This document shows, piece by piece, positions 39,407 to 49,927 of a DNA stretch of 64,000 nucleotides. Each line of letters begins with the position of its first letter. Position 1 is the stretch's first letter. Where the stretch lies: positions 448,001 to 512,000 of the forward strand of contig JBHLNF010000002.1 in the NCBI GenBank assembly GCA_048937405.1. The letters run 5' to 3'. A program made the translations under genes and the position numbers. The notes under the pieces are model-generated. The model was not told where the DNA came from. It saw only the letters and a program-made list of their open reading frames with translations, and ran no database searches. The DNA is from Promethearchaeota archaeon (GTDB lineage Archaea; Asgardarchaeota; Lokiarchaeia; Sigyniarchaeales; SOKP01).

Positions 39407-40357
39407 TCATTTCAATTTATATTTTTTTAGCCATTCAAGTAATTCTAAAAGATTTGCTTTAGCTAGGGCGATACATTTATCAGCACTTCCATAATATAAA
39501 AATATGTCACTTTTATCTAGTATCCAACCACAGGGAAAAACAACTTTATCTACATCACCAATAATCTCATAAGACTCACTAGGACTGAAAACCCATTCAT
39601 CTGATCTTGCTATTAAATTTCTAGGGTTTTTTAAATCTAAAAGAGCTAATCCCAATCGATAAATAATTCCTCCAACTGTTTCTTTAACACCATGGTAAAG
39701 AATCAACCATCCCTCCTCAGTTTTTATTGGAGGTGGGGAGATACCAATTTTATTTGCATCCCACCAACTACCTCTTCTAGCTGGAATAAGGATTTGATGT
39801 TCACCCCAATGTATTAAATCGGGAGAATAAGAGATCCAGATGTGTGCTCCCATACCAGGACGATTGCATACTGGTCTATGAATTAATGCCCATAGACCAT
39901 TAAATCTAATGGAAAATAAAGCAGCATCTTTATTTTCAGGTGGCATTATAGGACCAAAACGATTGTATTCCTTAAAATCTGATGTGGTTGCTAATGATAC
40001 TAAAGGTCCTGCGGTTGAATATGATGTATATGTAATAGCCCATTCTTTCTTTTCTTCAAGAAAGGTAATTCTAGGATCTTCAATACCCCAAATCTCTTCT
40101 GGATATTGCTCTGGATTAGGTACTAATGCAGGAGAAGGATCAATTAACCAATTATCTATACCATTTTTACTTCTTGCTAATGTTAAATGAGAAATGCCTC
40201 TTTTATCCTCAACCCGCATTAAAAGCAAGAATGTATCCTTTTTTTTAACAGCACCAGCATTAAAAACCGTATTGGCTGGATAAGGCAAATCTAAAGCTGT
40301 TATTATTGGATTATTTTTGTGTCGAATAAAAAGTTCTTTATTTAAATTTTTTATCAT
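39407..40357 (-). CDS. GH130-like glycosidase/phosphorylase (five-bladed propeller)
   Basis: NPII, VFNAGA, GIEDPRI, NKDAALF, HRP, YHGV, VVFPCG, YYGSAD. Confidence 0.88.
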   Translation of the reverse strand: MIKNLNKELFIRHKNNPIITALDLPYPANTVFNAGAVKKKDTFLLLMRVEDKRGISHLTLARSKNGIDNWLIDPSPALVPNPEQYPEEIWGIEDPRITFLEEKKEWAITYTSYSTAGPLVSLATTSDFKEYNRFGPIMPPENKDAALFSIRFNGLWALIHRPVCNRPGMGAHIWISYSPDLIHWGEHQILIPARRGSWWDANKIGISPPPIKTEEGWLILYHGVKETVGGIIYRLGLALLDLKNPRNLIARSDEWVFSPSESYEIIGDVDKVVFPCGWILDKSDIFLYYGSADKCIALAKANLLELLEWLKKYKLK

Positions 40358-40371
40358 CAGATTCTCTTTTA

Positions 40372-41607
40372 TTAAAATTCTTTTTCTAAAACTACTTTTT
40401 TATCTGTTCTTTTTGCTTCTATCGCCAATTCATAAGCATAATTATATTGTTGCGCAACAATTTCCCAAGAGACTATAGTATCAAGATATTTTTTTAGATT
40501 TTCTCCTAATTTTAATCGTAGATTCTCATTACATGCTAATTGAACAACTTTGTCTCTTAACATTTTTTTAGTAGTAAATAATAAACCACCTTCGCTCTCT
40601 AAAGTTTGAGCTGTTAATCCTTCCATTGGAGCTACTGTAATATATGGTTTATTCAGAGATATAATTCTTGCGAGAGTACCTGATTGAGTTTCATCAATAG
40701 TAGGTAAAACAATAAAATCACAGATAGCCATCACCTTATAGTAAAGATCACCTCGAGGAATAAATTCATAATAATAAGCTAATCCCTTATCTTGGAGTTC
40801 AAGAACTTGGGATTTCCACATTTCATAATCCTCTTTATGGTTAGGATCGCGTATTGTCCCAGCAGCAAATAACTGCCATTCTTGTCCACTTTTCTTTTTA
40901 ATATCTTCATAAATTTCTTCCCATATTGAAAAGAGAATATCCCATCGCTTATTTGTTTGTATCCATCCTACCATTCCCATAAGATGATTATATCGATTTG
41001 AATCATTTAACCCCAATTCTTTTTTAAGACCTTGTATCTCATGGACACCCCATCTTTTATCAGAACGCGCACCATGGGGTACTACTAAGATATTTTGGGG
41101 GAGTTTCCAACCTCGCCCACGAAATGACCAATCCAATCTCCATTTTTGGTAATGACATTTAAATAAAACAACATCACTGTTTTGACAAAGCTGATATATA
41201 AAATTAGCTTCATCATCAGTGATTCGTCCATGAATTGTATGCGGTTCAACAATTATAGGATATTCACTTATAGCCTCAAGAAGCGTGAGAAAACCCTCAT
41301 TTTTGTCACCTATTCCACGTTCATCATAATGTTCATAAAGTCCATATTCATGTTCTAAATGAATTGCATAAGGCTCTAATTCCTTTACTTTATCCGCTAC
41401 ATTTCTCCACCATTTTCTACTATTGATATTAATAATTGGAAAAACTCCCTCACCTTCGCCATCAAAATGACTTATAACAAGAACTTCTCTATCTGGATTG
41501 GCTTTTTGGATAAATTCTCGAGCCTCTTCAGCAAAAGTTGCAATGCCACACAAGCGTGGAGGATATGAACTTATCATTACTATTGGTTGATTTGACAAAT
41601 TAATCAT
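40372..41607 (-). CDS. GT4-like glycosyltransferase
   Basis: SSYPPRLCGIATF, HEYGLY, QSGTLAR. Confidence 0.85.
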   Translation of the reverse strand: MINLSNQPIVMISSYPPRLCGIATFAEEAREFIQKANPDREVLVISHFDGEGEGVFPIININSRKWWRNVADKVKELEPYAIHLEHEYGLYEHYDERGIGDKNEGFLTLLEAISEYPIIVEPHTIHGRITDDEANFIYQLCQNSDVVLFKCHYQKWRLDWSFRGRGWKLPQNILVVPHGARSDKRWGVHEIQGLKKELGLNDSNRYNHLMGMVGWIQTNKRWDILFSIWEEIYEDIKKKSGQEWQLFAAGTIRDPNHKEDYEMWKSQVLELQDKGLAYYYEFIPRGDLYYKVMAICDFIVLPTIDETQSGTLARIISLNKPYITVAPMEGLTAQTLESEGGLLFTTKKMLRDKVVQLACNENLRLKLGENLKKYLDTIVSWEIVAQQYNYAYELAIEAKRTDKKVVLEKEF

Positions 41608-41608
41608 T

Positions 41609-43891
41609 TTACATAATTTTTATTTTTAAATCAATATCAGTTATTGTATTTAAATAATACATGTTTAATAGGGAGAGTAACCAAGCTAATGTGGATTCTG
41701 CTCCTTGGTTTCTATCTATTCCTGTGGACGATAAACCATCGTAACAACCTCCCGTTTGATAATTATAAATAGAAAGATTTAGATCATTGAAGCCCAAGAA
41801 CCATTCTAAACAGCTGCGTGCTTTTAAAACCCATTTAGTATCTTGAGTGACTTTAAAAGCCTCTATACATGCTTCAAGAATACTGTAAGCCTCTAAAGGT
41901 TGTTGATCAAATTTTGCTTTTTCGCCATCTTTAGGATACCATCCCATATTCCCAATAGGAGAAAATTGTCCCTTTTCATTGGTTTGAATATTTAATAACC
42001 AGTCTAATGATTTTAGTCCAGCTTTAACCATGTCTCCTCTTTGTAACCATTGTCCAGACATTAATAATGCTTGAGGAATTTTACCATTATCATAAGTGAC
42101 AATGTTATCGATCCATGGCCAATTATCTTGAGCATTTTGACTGTACATGTTAAATAATTTATTTGCAATATTCTTTCTAAATCTTTTAATTTTACGATCT
42201 CCACTAAACCTTATTAAATAAGCATGAATACCTATTAAACCAAATGCTAATGAACGTGTATATGTGAAATCTGATAAAGTTTCAACAGCTTTTTCAAATA
42301 TTTCCAATGCCACATTACTATATTCCTTATTTTTAGATAAACCAATTGCATAACCTAAGCTTAAAACAGCACGCCCATGACTATCTTCAGATCCCATTTC
42401 TTCAATCCATTTCCTATCATAACTCATAAAATTTCGAAATCTTTTGTTGTCTTCATTAAAAGCATGTAATATAAAACTTAAATATCGATCACCTTGATCT
42501 TTTAGAGATTTATCTCCGATTGATAGATTTTCAGCCAGTAATACAGTAATTAATGCTCTCGCATTATCATCGCTACAATATCCATGATTTCGATTAGGTA
42601 TAATATAATTAGAATGTTGTAAAATACCAACATCATCTGTTAAACGTATTAAATGATCGAACTTTGGATAAGGCATCTCAAATGGTGAAGATCTCAATGT
42701 TTTCCTTTTTGCATTACTTAATGGAACGGATAATCGATTTTTTACCACTTTTTCAAAAATATCTAAATATTCCATAGCAACTTCTTTCCAAATCATTTTC
42801 CTAGAAAAAAGATATGCTTGTTTACGCATATTATGCCTGTCAACTTCATTATCTAATAAAAAAATAACCTTTTCAGCTATAAACTTGGAATCTCCGAAAG
42901 GTACAATAAATCCTTTTCCATCAGCTAAAATTTCCTCGGCATACCAATATGGTGTCGATATTATGGCTTTACCTGCACCAAGTGCATAAGATAGAGTTCC
43001 TGAAACAACTTGTTCTTTATTTAAATACGGTGTGATATAGATATCAGCAACACCTAAAAATTCGCACAATTCATCTAATTCCACAAATCTATTGTAAAAA
43101 ATTACATTATCTTCTACACCAAGTTCTCTAGCTTTTCTTTGAAGAAAATGACGATATGCTTCCCCAAGCTCTTTTTTTATATTTGGATGAGTTTCTCCTA
43201 ATATTATATATACTACATTAGGGTGTATCTTTATAATTTCTGGTAATGCGTCAATAACGAATTCTATTCCTTTATTAGGATTAATTAAACCAAAGGTTAA
43301 AATTACTTTTTTTCCTTCTACTCCAAATTGATCTTTATAAAAATTAGGATCTATAAATTGTAAATCGGGAATCCCATGATAAATAAAAGAAATTTTTTCT
43401 AAGGGAACATTGTAAACCTCTCTTAAAAATTCCTCTGATTTTTTACTCATAACGACTAGCTGATCAGAAAATCTTGCAATTGTATTAATTATTCTTTTCT
43501 GTTGTGCACTCGGATTTGGCAAAAGACTATGAAATGTAGTAATAATTGGTATCTTCAAATTTTGAATTAAATTCAAAATATAATTACCCTGATCTCCTCC
43601 ATATATTCCAAATTCATGTTGTAATGAAACAATCTCAACTTTATTTACATTAACAAATTCCGCGGCTAATTTATAATCTGCTAAAGAATTTGCATCCAAT
43701 TCGAAGCGAACTTGTTTGAGATAAGGATAACCTTGAGGAATATCATTCATTGCAATAGCCCAACAATCGATATTACTCCCTTCATTTGATACTGCTTCCA
43801 ATAGATCATGAGTAAATGTAGCAATTCCACATCTTCTTGGAAGATAATTCCCTATAAACGCAATACTTTTAAGTTTCGTGAATTTCTCCAT
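41609..43891 (-). CDS. GT4 glycosyltransferase fused to a C-terminal (alpha/alpha)6 glycosidase-like domain
   Basis: YLPRRCGIATF, QHEFGIYGG, SGTLSYALG; C-domain GYCSDDNARAL, FDQQPLEA, NQGAESTL. Confidence 0.88.
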   Translation of the reverse strand: MEKFTKLKSIAFIGNYLPRRCGIATFTHDLLEAVSNEGSNIDCWAIAMNDIPQGYPYLKQVRFELDANSLADYKLAAEFVNVNKVEIVSLQHEFGIYGGDQGNYILNLIQNLKIPIITTFHSLLPNPSAQQKRIINTIARFSDQLVVMSKKSEEFLREVYNVPLEKISFIYHGIPDLQFIDPNFYKDQFGVEGKKVILTFGLINPNKGIEFVIDALPEIIKIHPNVVYIILGETHPNIKKELGEAYRHFLQRKARELGVEDNVIFYNRFVELDELCEFLGVADIYITPYLNKEQVVSGTLSYALGAGKAIISTPYWYAEEILADGKGFIVPFGDSKFIAEKVIFLLDNEVDRHNMRKQAYLFSRKMIWKEVAMEYLDIFEKVVKNRLSVPLSNAKRKTLRSSPFEMPYPKFDHLIRLTDDVGILQHSNYIIPNRNHGYCSDDNARALITVLLAENLSIGDKSLKDQGDRYLSFILHAFNEDNKRFRNFMSYDRKWIEEMGSEDSHGRAVLSLGYAIGLSKNKEYSNVALEIFEKAVETLSDFTYTRSLAFGLIGIHAYLIRFSGDRKIKRFRKNIANKLFNMYSQNAQDNWPWIDNIVTYDNGKIPQALLMSGQWLQRGDMVKAGLKSLDWLLNIQTNEKGQFSPIGNMGWYPKDGEKAKFDQQPLEAYSILEACIEAFKVTQDTKWVLKARSCLEWFLGFNDLNLSIYNYQTGGCYDGLSSTGIDRNQGAESTLAWLLSLLNMYYLNTITDIDLKIKIM

Positions 43892-44236
43892 GATAATTAA
43901 GATCCCTACAATTTTATTATGATTTTTTTTAATAGGAAAATTGTTTTCACTAAAATAAATAGCTAGACTTCAAATCTATATTCTGATAATACACTAAATA
44001 TAATAAAGATTGTTGATAGAGAGTGTTTATTATTTCTATTTTAAAATAATAAACTTTTAAATTTATCTCTTTTAATTTTTTAATAGCCAAATATTAATTT
44101 ACCTTCTATTGAAGTTATATCCAAATAGATTCTTCTAATTTTTTGCTATTCTTTTTAAATTTTCTTTTTTTTTTTAAGATAATAGAATTTCATCTTATAC
44201 TTTCACTATATTTATCGGATTACTATGATTTTTTGC

Positions 44237-44385
44237 GAAGAATTGAATGATTAGATTGTGATAGGAAGGAATAAGGTATTTAAAGAACAAAAAACGGTTG
44301 ATTTATCTGAATTAATCAATGAAATCTATTAGATTATCAATCAATTCAGTGATAATAAATTTGATGAATAAAAATTTTATTCTAT
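44237..44385 (+). repeat. Direct repeat copy 2: decayed hisS 3' end (right island boundary)
   Basis: Same length as 33691-33839; translates to ...KEQKTVDLSELINEIY*IINQFSDNKFDE* with stop codons. Confidence 0.85.
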
Positions 44386-44425
44386 TATATCAGAATTTAT
44401 AATAAAAAGTTAATTTTGGCTAATC

Positions 44426-45346
44426 ATGAATTTTATAGATGAATTAATCCGAGCAATAAGAGAAAAGAAAAGTGTAGTGTGTATGGGGCTTGATCCCAGA
44501 ATGGATCATGAGGGAGAAATTCCTCAATTTTTAATTGAAGAATTCCAAGAACCAAATAAAATTATAACCGAATTTAATAAAATCTTGATAGAGAACACTT
44601 ATGATATAATCCCAGTTGTTAAACCTCAAATGGCGTTTTATGAAAAATATGAAGCTTTAGATGCTTTAAAAGAAACCATAAAAGTTGCACATCAAAATGA
44701 TTTATTAGTAATTTTAGATGCGAAGCGAAATGATATTGGAAGCACTTCTGAAGCATATGCTTATTCAGTGTTTAAAAATTTTAACGCAGATGCATGCACA
44801 ATTAATGCCTATTTAGGTTTTGATGGAGTTAAACCCTTTTTAGATTACAAAGAAAAAGGAATTTTTGCCCTTGTTAAAACATCAAATCCTAGTAGTGCTG
44901 AATTTCAAGATTTATTTAGTATTAAATTGGATGAGATTCCTACTAATATAACTGAATACAAAATAGAAAATAAGATTTTGAAGAGAAATTATATTAATCT
45001 TGCTGAGCTAATATATGAATGGAGTAAAAAACTTGATAAATTTTCCAATTTTACTAATCTTGGTGTTGTAGTAGGAGCAACATTTCCTCAAGAATTAAAA
45101 ATTATACGAGATATTGTTAAAAATTCATTCATTTTAATACCGGGTTATGGAGCTCAAGGTGCTCAAGCAAAAGATATTAAATTTGGATTTTATGAAAAGG
45201 GATTAGGTGGAATTGTAAATTCTTCAAGAAACATAATTTATGCTTATAATAAAAGTGATAATTTTTCTCAAGAGAATTTTGGAAAAGCAGCAAGAGAGGA
45301 AATTATCGAAATGAGCAAAAAAGTCAATAAAGAAATATTAATATAA
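44426..45346 (+). CDS. pyrF: Orotidine-5'-phosphate decarboxylase
   Basis: CMGLDP, KPQMAFYE, DAKRNDIGST, VKTSNP, VVGAT, PGYGAQG, NSSR. Confidence 0.95.
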   Translation: MNFIDELIRAIREKKSVVCMGLDPRMDHEGEIPQFLIEEFQEPNKIITEFNKILIENTYDIIPVVKPQMAFYEKYEALDALKETIKVAHQNDLLVILDAKRNDIGSTSEAYAYSVFKNFNADACTINAYLGFDGVKPFLDYKEKGIFALVKTSNPSSAEFQDLFSIKLDEIPTNITEYKIENKILKRNYINLAELIYEWSKKLDKFSNFTNLGVVVGATFPQELKIIRDIVKNSFILIPGYGAQGAQAKDIKFGFYEKGLGGIVNSSRNIIYAYNKSDNFSQENFGKAAREEIIEMSKKVNKEILI

Positions 45347-45347
45347 T

Positions 45348-45767
45348 TTATAGGATAGTTCCTCCTAAAGATTGACCAATTAAATACATAGCGAATATAA
45401 TTGGTCCTGCGACAAAGATAACCACAACAAAAGATTTTTTTAACCCTATTTTATGAATTACATTTATTACGTTTAAATCTATAAAAATAGAGAAAATACT
45501 TAGAACAATAACAATTACTATGACCTCTCCCTCAATTTTTCCTATCATACCATATAAAATCACAGGAGAAGCAATAAAGAAAATAATTCCAAATTGTATA
45601 CCAAAACTACCAGCTACCCATTTCATCTTTCTTTTTTCTTGAGCATTAGTAATAATTAAGGTGAGTTTCAAAAGTAAAATATCTATAAGGATTAACGCGA
45701 TTATTATAGCAATTAGTCCTGGTGGTTCCATTTCGGAAAAAGGGTCAAAAAACATAAAAATCTCCAA
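45348..45767 (-). CDS. Small membrane protein
   Basis: Four hydrophobic segments. Confidence 0.6.
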   Translation of the reverse strand: MEIFMFFDPFSEMEPPGLIAIIIALILIDILLLKLTLIITNAQEKRKMKWVAGSFGIQFGIIFFIASPVILYGMIGKIEGEVIVIVIVLSIFSIFIDLNVINVIHKIGLKKSFVVVIFVAGPIIFAMYLIGQSLGGTIL

Positions 45768-45948
45768 CAGGACAAATCTTTTTAGATATTAAAAAATTGA
45801 TTTATTTTAAAAATAATTTTTAACTATAAGAAACATTTTATTAAAACAATTTAAATTTATTTAATTAGCTTTATCATTTAGAATTATTATAAAATTAAAA
45901 TTATCAAATTGGAGGAACAAAATAAAAAAAAATAGAAGGTAATAGGCA

Positions 45949-47928
45949 ATGGTAGAAACTAAAGATGAAACAGTTCAATACGAAGAAGAAACACCAAGGA
46001 TTGCTGTATTTATATGTCAGTGAGGTATAAACATTGCTGAAACTATTGATACTAAAAGCTTAGTAGAATTTTCAAAAACACTTCCAGGAGTGGTTGAAGC
46101 TTTAGAGTACATAAGTCTATGAACTGAAGCTGGTGCAGAATTTATAAAAGAAAAAATGAATGAGAGTAATGCAAATAGATTAGTAGTTGCATCATGTACT
46201 CCCAAAACGCATGAACCGGTTTTTAAAAGTGTTTTGGAATCAATGGGTACTGATTCATCTTACTTGGAATTTGCAAATATTCGTGAACATGCTAGTTTTG
46301 TGCATAAAAAAGATAAAAAAGGGGCTCAAAAAGTTGCAGAAGATATAATTCGATCTGCGGTGGCAAGAGCTTCTGTGTTGGAAAAAATAATCGTTAAGGA
46401 AGTAGATATTACAAAGAAAGCTTTAATTATAGGTGGAGGAGTAGCAGGATTATCTGCAGCTATCGATCTTGCTGAAGAAGGATTTGAAGTATATTTAGTA
46501 GAAAGAAGTCCTACAATAGGAGGTAAAATGGCTAAATTGGATCGAACATTTCCTACAGATGATTGCAGTATATGAATATTAGGTCCTGTTATGCTCCAAG
46601 CAGCAAGAACTCCAAGACTGAATCTATATACTTATAGTGAAGTTGAAGAGGTATCGGGATTTGTAGGTAATTTTAATGTAAAAATAAGAAAAAATGCTCG
46701 ATATGTTACTAATGACTGTAACGGTTGTGGAGCTTGTTTTGAAGTGTGTCCCGCTTTTGGATATAATGAATTCAATGAGGGAATGGATTCAAGAAAAGCT
46801 ATTTATATTGCATTTGCTCAGGCAGTCCCTTCTTTAGCCCAAATAGATATGGATAGGTGCATCAAATGTGGATTGTGTAAAAGTGCATGTGAAGTAGATG
46901 CGATAGATTTCGATCAAAAAGATGAAATTATCGACTTAGAAATCGGATCAATCATAGTGGCAACTGGTTGGGATGAATTTGAACCTCCAATAGGTTATTT
47001 AGGGTATAATAAATATCCTAATGTAATTACTCAACTCAAACTTGAAAGAATGTTAGCGCCGAATGGACCAACAATAGGTCATTTGAAAAGACCTTCTGAT
47101 GGGAAAGTACCAAAAAAGATATTATTCATTCAGTGTGTTGGATCACGGGATTTAAACATGAATACTTATTGCAGTTCTGGAGTTTGTTGCATGATTTCTA
47201 TTAAAAACAGTAAATTAATTAAACAACATTATCCTGAAACAGACATTACGGTTGCTTACATGGATATGCGAGCTGCAGGGAAAGACTATGAAGAATATTT
47301 TACGCTTTCAAGAAAAGAAGGAATAAAATATATTAGAACAAATGTCAGCAAGATAAAAGAAGATCCAAATACTCACAATCTGAAAATAGTTATGCAAAAT
47401 ACTTTAAGTTCAGGTGGATTGAAGGAATTAGAATATGATTTAGTTGTGCTTTCTGCTTCTATGGTCCCTGCTATTGGAGTTGAATCAATTCAGAAAATAC
47501 TAAAATTAGAAACTAGTCAGGATGGGTTCTTTAAAGAATTTCATGCTAGATTAAATCCGATCGATACAAAAATTCCCGGAATTGCTTTAGCAGGAGTAAG
47601 TCAAGGTCCAAAATCTATAGTAGAATCTATAGCTCAAGGGAGAGCTGCAGCATCCTCACTTGCTAGACTCATGGTTAAAGATAAGTATCGTATTTTGCTG
47701 ATACGTGCCTCTGTAGATAAAGAACGGTGTGCCAAATGTGGGTTATGTGAGTTAAATTGCCCTTATAATGCAATTAATTTGACTGAAGATGGAGCTGAAG
47801 TAAATGAAATTTTATGTAGGGGATGTGGAACGTGTTTAGCTAATTGTCCTTCAGAAGCTATAACTCTTCGATATTATCGTGAACCTCAATATGAGAAACA
47901 GATAGATGCAATTTTAGAAGAAATATAG
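45949..47928 (+). CDS. hdrA: Heterodisulfide reductase subunit A, selenoprotein with 3 Sec (TGA at 46021, 46120, 46573); 659 aa
   Basis: One frame from ATG 45949: FICQ-U-GINI, ISL-U-TEAG, FPTDDCSI-U-IL, each TGA at a conserved Cys position; GGGVAG FAD motif, CVGSR, ferredoxin motifs; joins ORFs 46156-46575 and 46591-47928. Confidence 0.92.
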
Positions 47929-47941
47929 GGAGGTAACATAA

Positions 47942-48406
47942 ATGACTATTAATGGTAATGTTAAGATTTTAGCATTTTTATGTTGGAAGTGAGGATATGG
48001 TGCAGGAGATATGGCAGGTACAATCAGAGCACAATATCCTGCTACATTAAGACCAATAAGGATTAATTGCAGTGGTAGAGTTACCCCTAGTTTAATGATG
48101 AGAGCAATTGGTAAAGGAGCAGATGGAGTAGCAATTGGAGCTTGATATAAAGGTGAATGTGATTATGAAACTGGAAACCTAGTTGCTGAAAGAAATGTTG
48201 TTTACACTAAAGAAATTTTAAAGACCATCGGAATTTCCCCAGAGAGAGTACAAATGTTTAATTGCAGTGCCGCTGAGGGACAAAAATTTCAAGATGAAGC
48301 TACTCGTATCTCAAATACAATCCAAAACTTAGGAAGCAATCCACTTAAAGATTCTGTTAATCCTAAGAAAGAGGAGAAAGAATCTAACAAGAAAAAAACC
48401 GAATAG
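47942..48406 (+). CDS. mvhD: MvhD/VhuD hydrogenase iron-sulfur subunit, selenoprotein with 2 Sec (TGA at 47990, 48143); 154 aa; absent from the ORF track
   Basis: FLCWK-U-GYGAGD, RINCSGRV, GADGVAIGA-U-YKGECDY, PERVQMFNCSAAEG; GGAGGT RBS. Confidence 0.92.
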
Positions 48407-48463
48407 AATGACCTTTTCAAGAAAAAATTAGTTGATTAGGGACTGACCTTGTGAGGGATTCGG
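48399..48463 (+). promoter_or_regulatory. Eukaryote-like SECIS element at the 3' end of mvhD
   Basis: AUGA (48408-48411) and GA (48441-48442) kink-turn core, upper stem CCU..UCAA/UUGA..AGG, apical GAAAAAA, lower stem CCGAAU/AUUCGG. Confidence 0.8.
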
Positions 48464-48577
48464 AAATGATTTCTATTATTTTTAACTTATATTAGAAATT
48501 TTATATCTTTCTTTTAACTTTTTATTTTAAATTTAATTTTGTAAATTAAATTATTTTTTTATTTTTGTGATTTTAAG

Positions 48578-49876
48578 ATGGGAAAAGATGCTGAAAAACT
48601 ATTAAATAAGGCGGAGCAGCTTTATAATGCAATGGCATACAAACGGGCAGCAAAACTATTTCATTCTGCTGGGGATACTTTCTTAAAATTAGGAGAATAT
48701 GAACTTGCAGAACAGAGTTTTTTTAATGCTGCTAAATCCGCGATAAATGAGGAAAAATATTTAAAAGGAGTAGAATTTTTGAGATATGCTGGCAATGCCT
48801 TTCTCTTTAATAATGATTTCTCAGAAGCTTATCAAATATTTAAGGAAGCATTAAATTATATCCCTACTTTAAAACACAACTTAGATAAAAATTTTCTATT
48901 TACATTATTTTCAAGTTTATCTTATTTATGTTTATTTTTAGAAGGAAAACAAGAAGAAGGTTTGAATATAATAAAAAAAAATAGAAAAAATATCGAAGAT
49001 ACTTATTTTAAAGAAAATTATTTAATTAAACTGATAAAAGATATCGAAGTAGCCACAAAAGATATAAATGAAGATTATGTGAAAAAAATCGAAAGTGAAT
49101 TTGATCCAACTTATCTTCTTGAAGGAGAAATAATTTTAGTTAAAAATGCTTTAGTTTTAGCTAAATCCATTGTATCCTTAATCATCAGTTTATCTCTAGA
49201 CAAAAAATCGTATACTACAAATGATAGTATTAACTTAAAAATTGATATTAATACTAAACCACTTGTAAATATGAAAAAACAATCTTTTTATAAATATGAT
49301 CTAAAAGAATTAAAAATTACCAAGATTGGATTACAGCTCTCCGATAACTTTACACTTCATAAAAAACCAGAATTACCAATTACTATTCTTGCTGGTCAGA
49401 GTCATCAATTAGATATATTAATTAAACCCCACTTTCAAATGGAGAAACCTTTTATTGGACCTCTCTTATTAACTTCAGAAATCGATGGAATTTTCAAATT
49501 TCTCTATGAATCTCCAGACATATTCTATCCCACTTTAATATCTCCTCCTCCAACTTTAGATATTATCTTAAAAAATTTAAGACCACCCCTTATTGGTCAA
49601 ACTTTTCCTATAGAAATCCTTATTGAAAATAAAAGTGAGGGAGAAGCTTTAGATCTTAATATTGAAGTGGAATTTCCTGAAAATCTTAAGGTTATGAGAG
49701 GAACATTAAAAAAACAAATATATTCACTTAGACAAAATGAAAATATTAAATGGGAAATTAGTCTAAAACCACTAGAAGCGGGAGATTATTCTATTAAGAT
49801 AAAAGCACTATTTAAAGATCCTGATCAGAATCAAATTGGAGAGATTAAAGATTTCCCTCTTTCAATAAAATTATAA
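48578..49876 (+). CDS. TPR/SNAP-like helical N-terminus plus C-terminal Ig-like beta-sandwich domain(s)
   Basis: AAKLFHSAG..F...GEYELA-type repeats; C-terminal IENKSEGEALDLNIEVEFP...LKPLEAGDY strand pattern. Confidence 0.6.
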   Translation: MGKDAEKLLNKAEQLYNAMAYKRAAKLFHSAGDTFLKLGEYELAEQSFFNAAKSAINEEKYLKGVEFLRYAGNAFLFNNDFSEAYQIFKEALNYIPTLKHNLDKNFLFTLFSSLSYLCLFLEGKQEEGLNIIKKNRKNIEDTYFKENYLIKLIKDIEVATKDINEDYVKKIESEFDPTYLLEGEIILVKNALVLAKSIVSLIISLSLDKKSYTTNDSINLKIDINTKPLVNMKKQSFYKYDLKELKITKIGLQLSDNFTLHKKPELPITILAGQSHQLDILIKPHFQMEKPFIGPLLLTSEIDGIFKFLYESPDIFYPTLISPPPTLDIILKNLRPPLIGQTFPIEILIENKSEGEALDLNIEVEFPENLKVMRGTLKKQIYSLRQNENIKWEISLKPLEAGDYSIKIKALFKDPDQNQIGEIKDFPLSIKL

Positions 49877-49927
49877 ATTCTATTTGTTTTATAATCTTCA
49901 TCTTAAAATAAAAATTGAGAAATTTTA

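Larger units (their letters stand above)
33840..44236. mobile_element. Putative genomic island inserted at the hisS 3' end (no integrase visible)
   Basis: Flanked by the intact and a decayed copy of the hisS 3' end; accessory, bacterial-like gene content. Confidence 0.65.

Noticed and set aside
46156-47928. hdrA as a pseudogene or as two separate genes
   Set aside because: All interruptions are in-frame TGA at Cys positions and a SECIS is present
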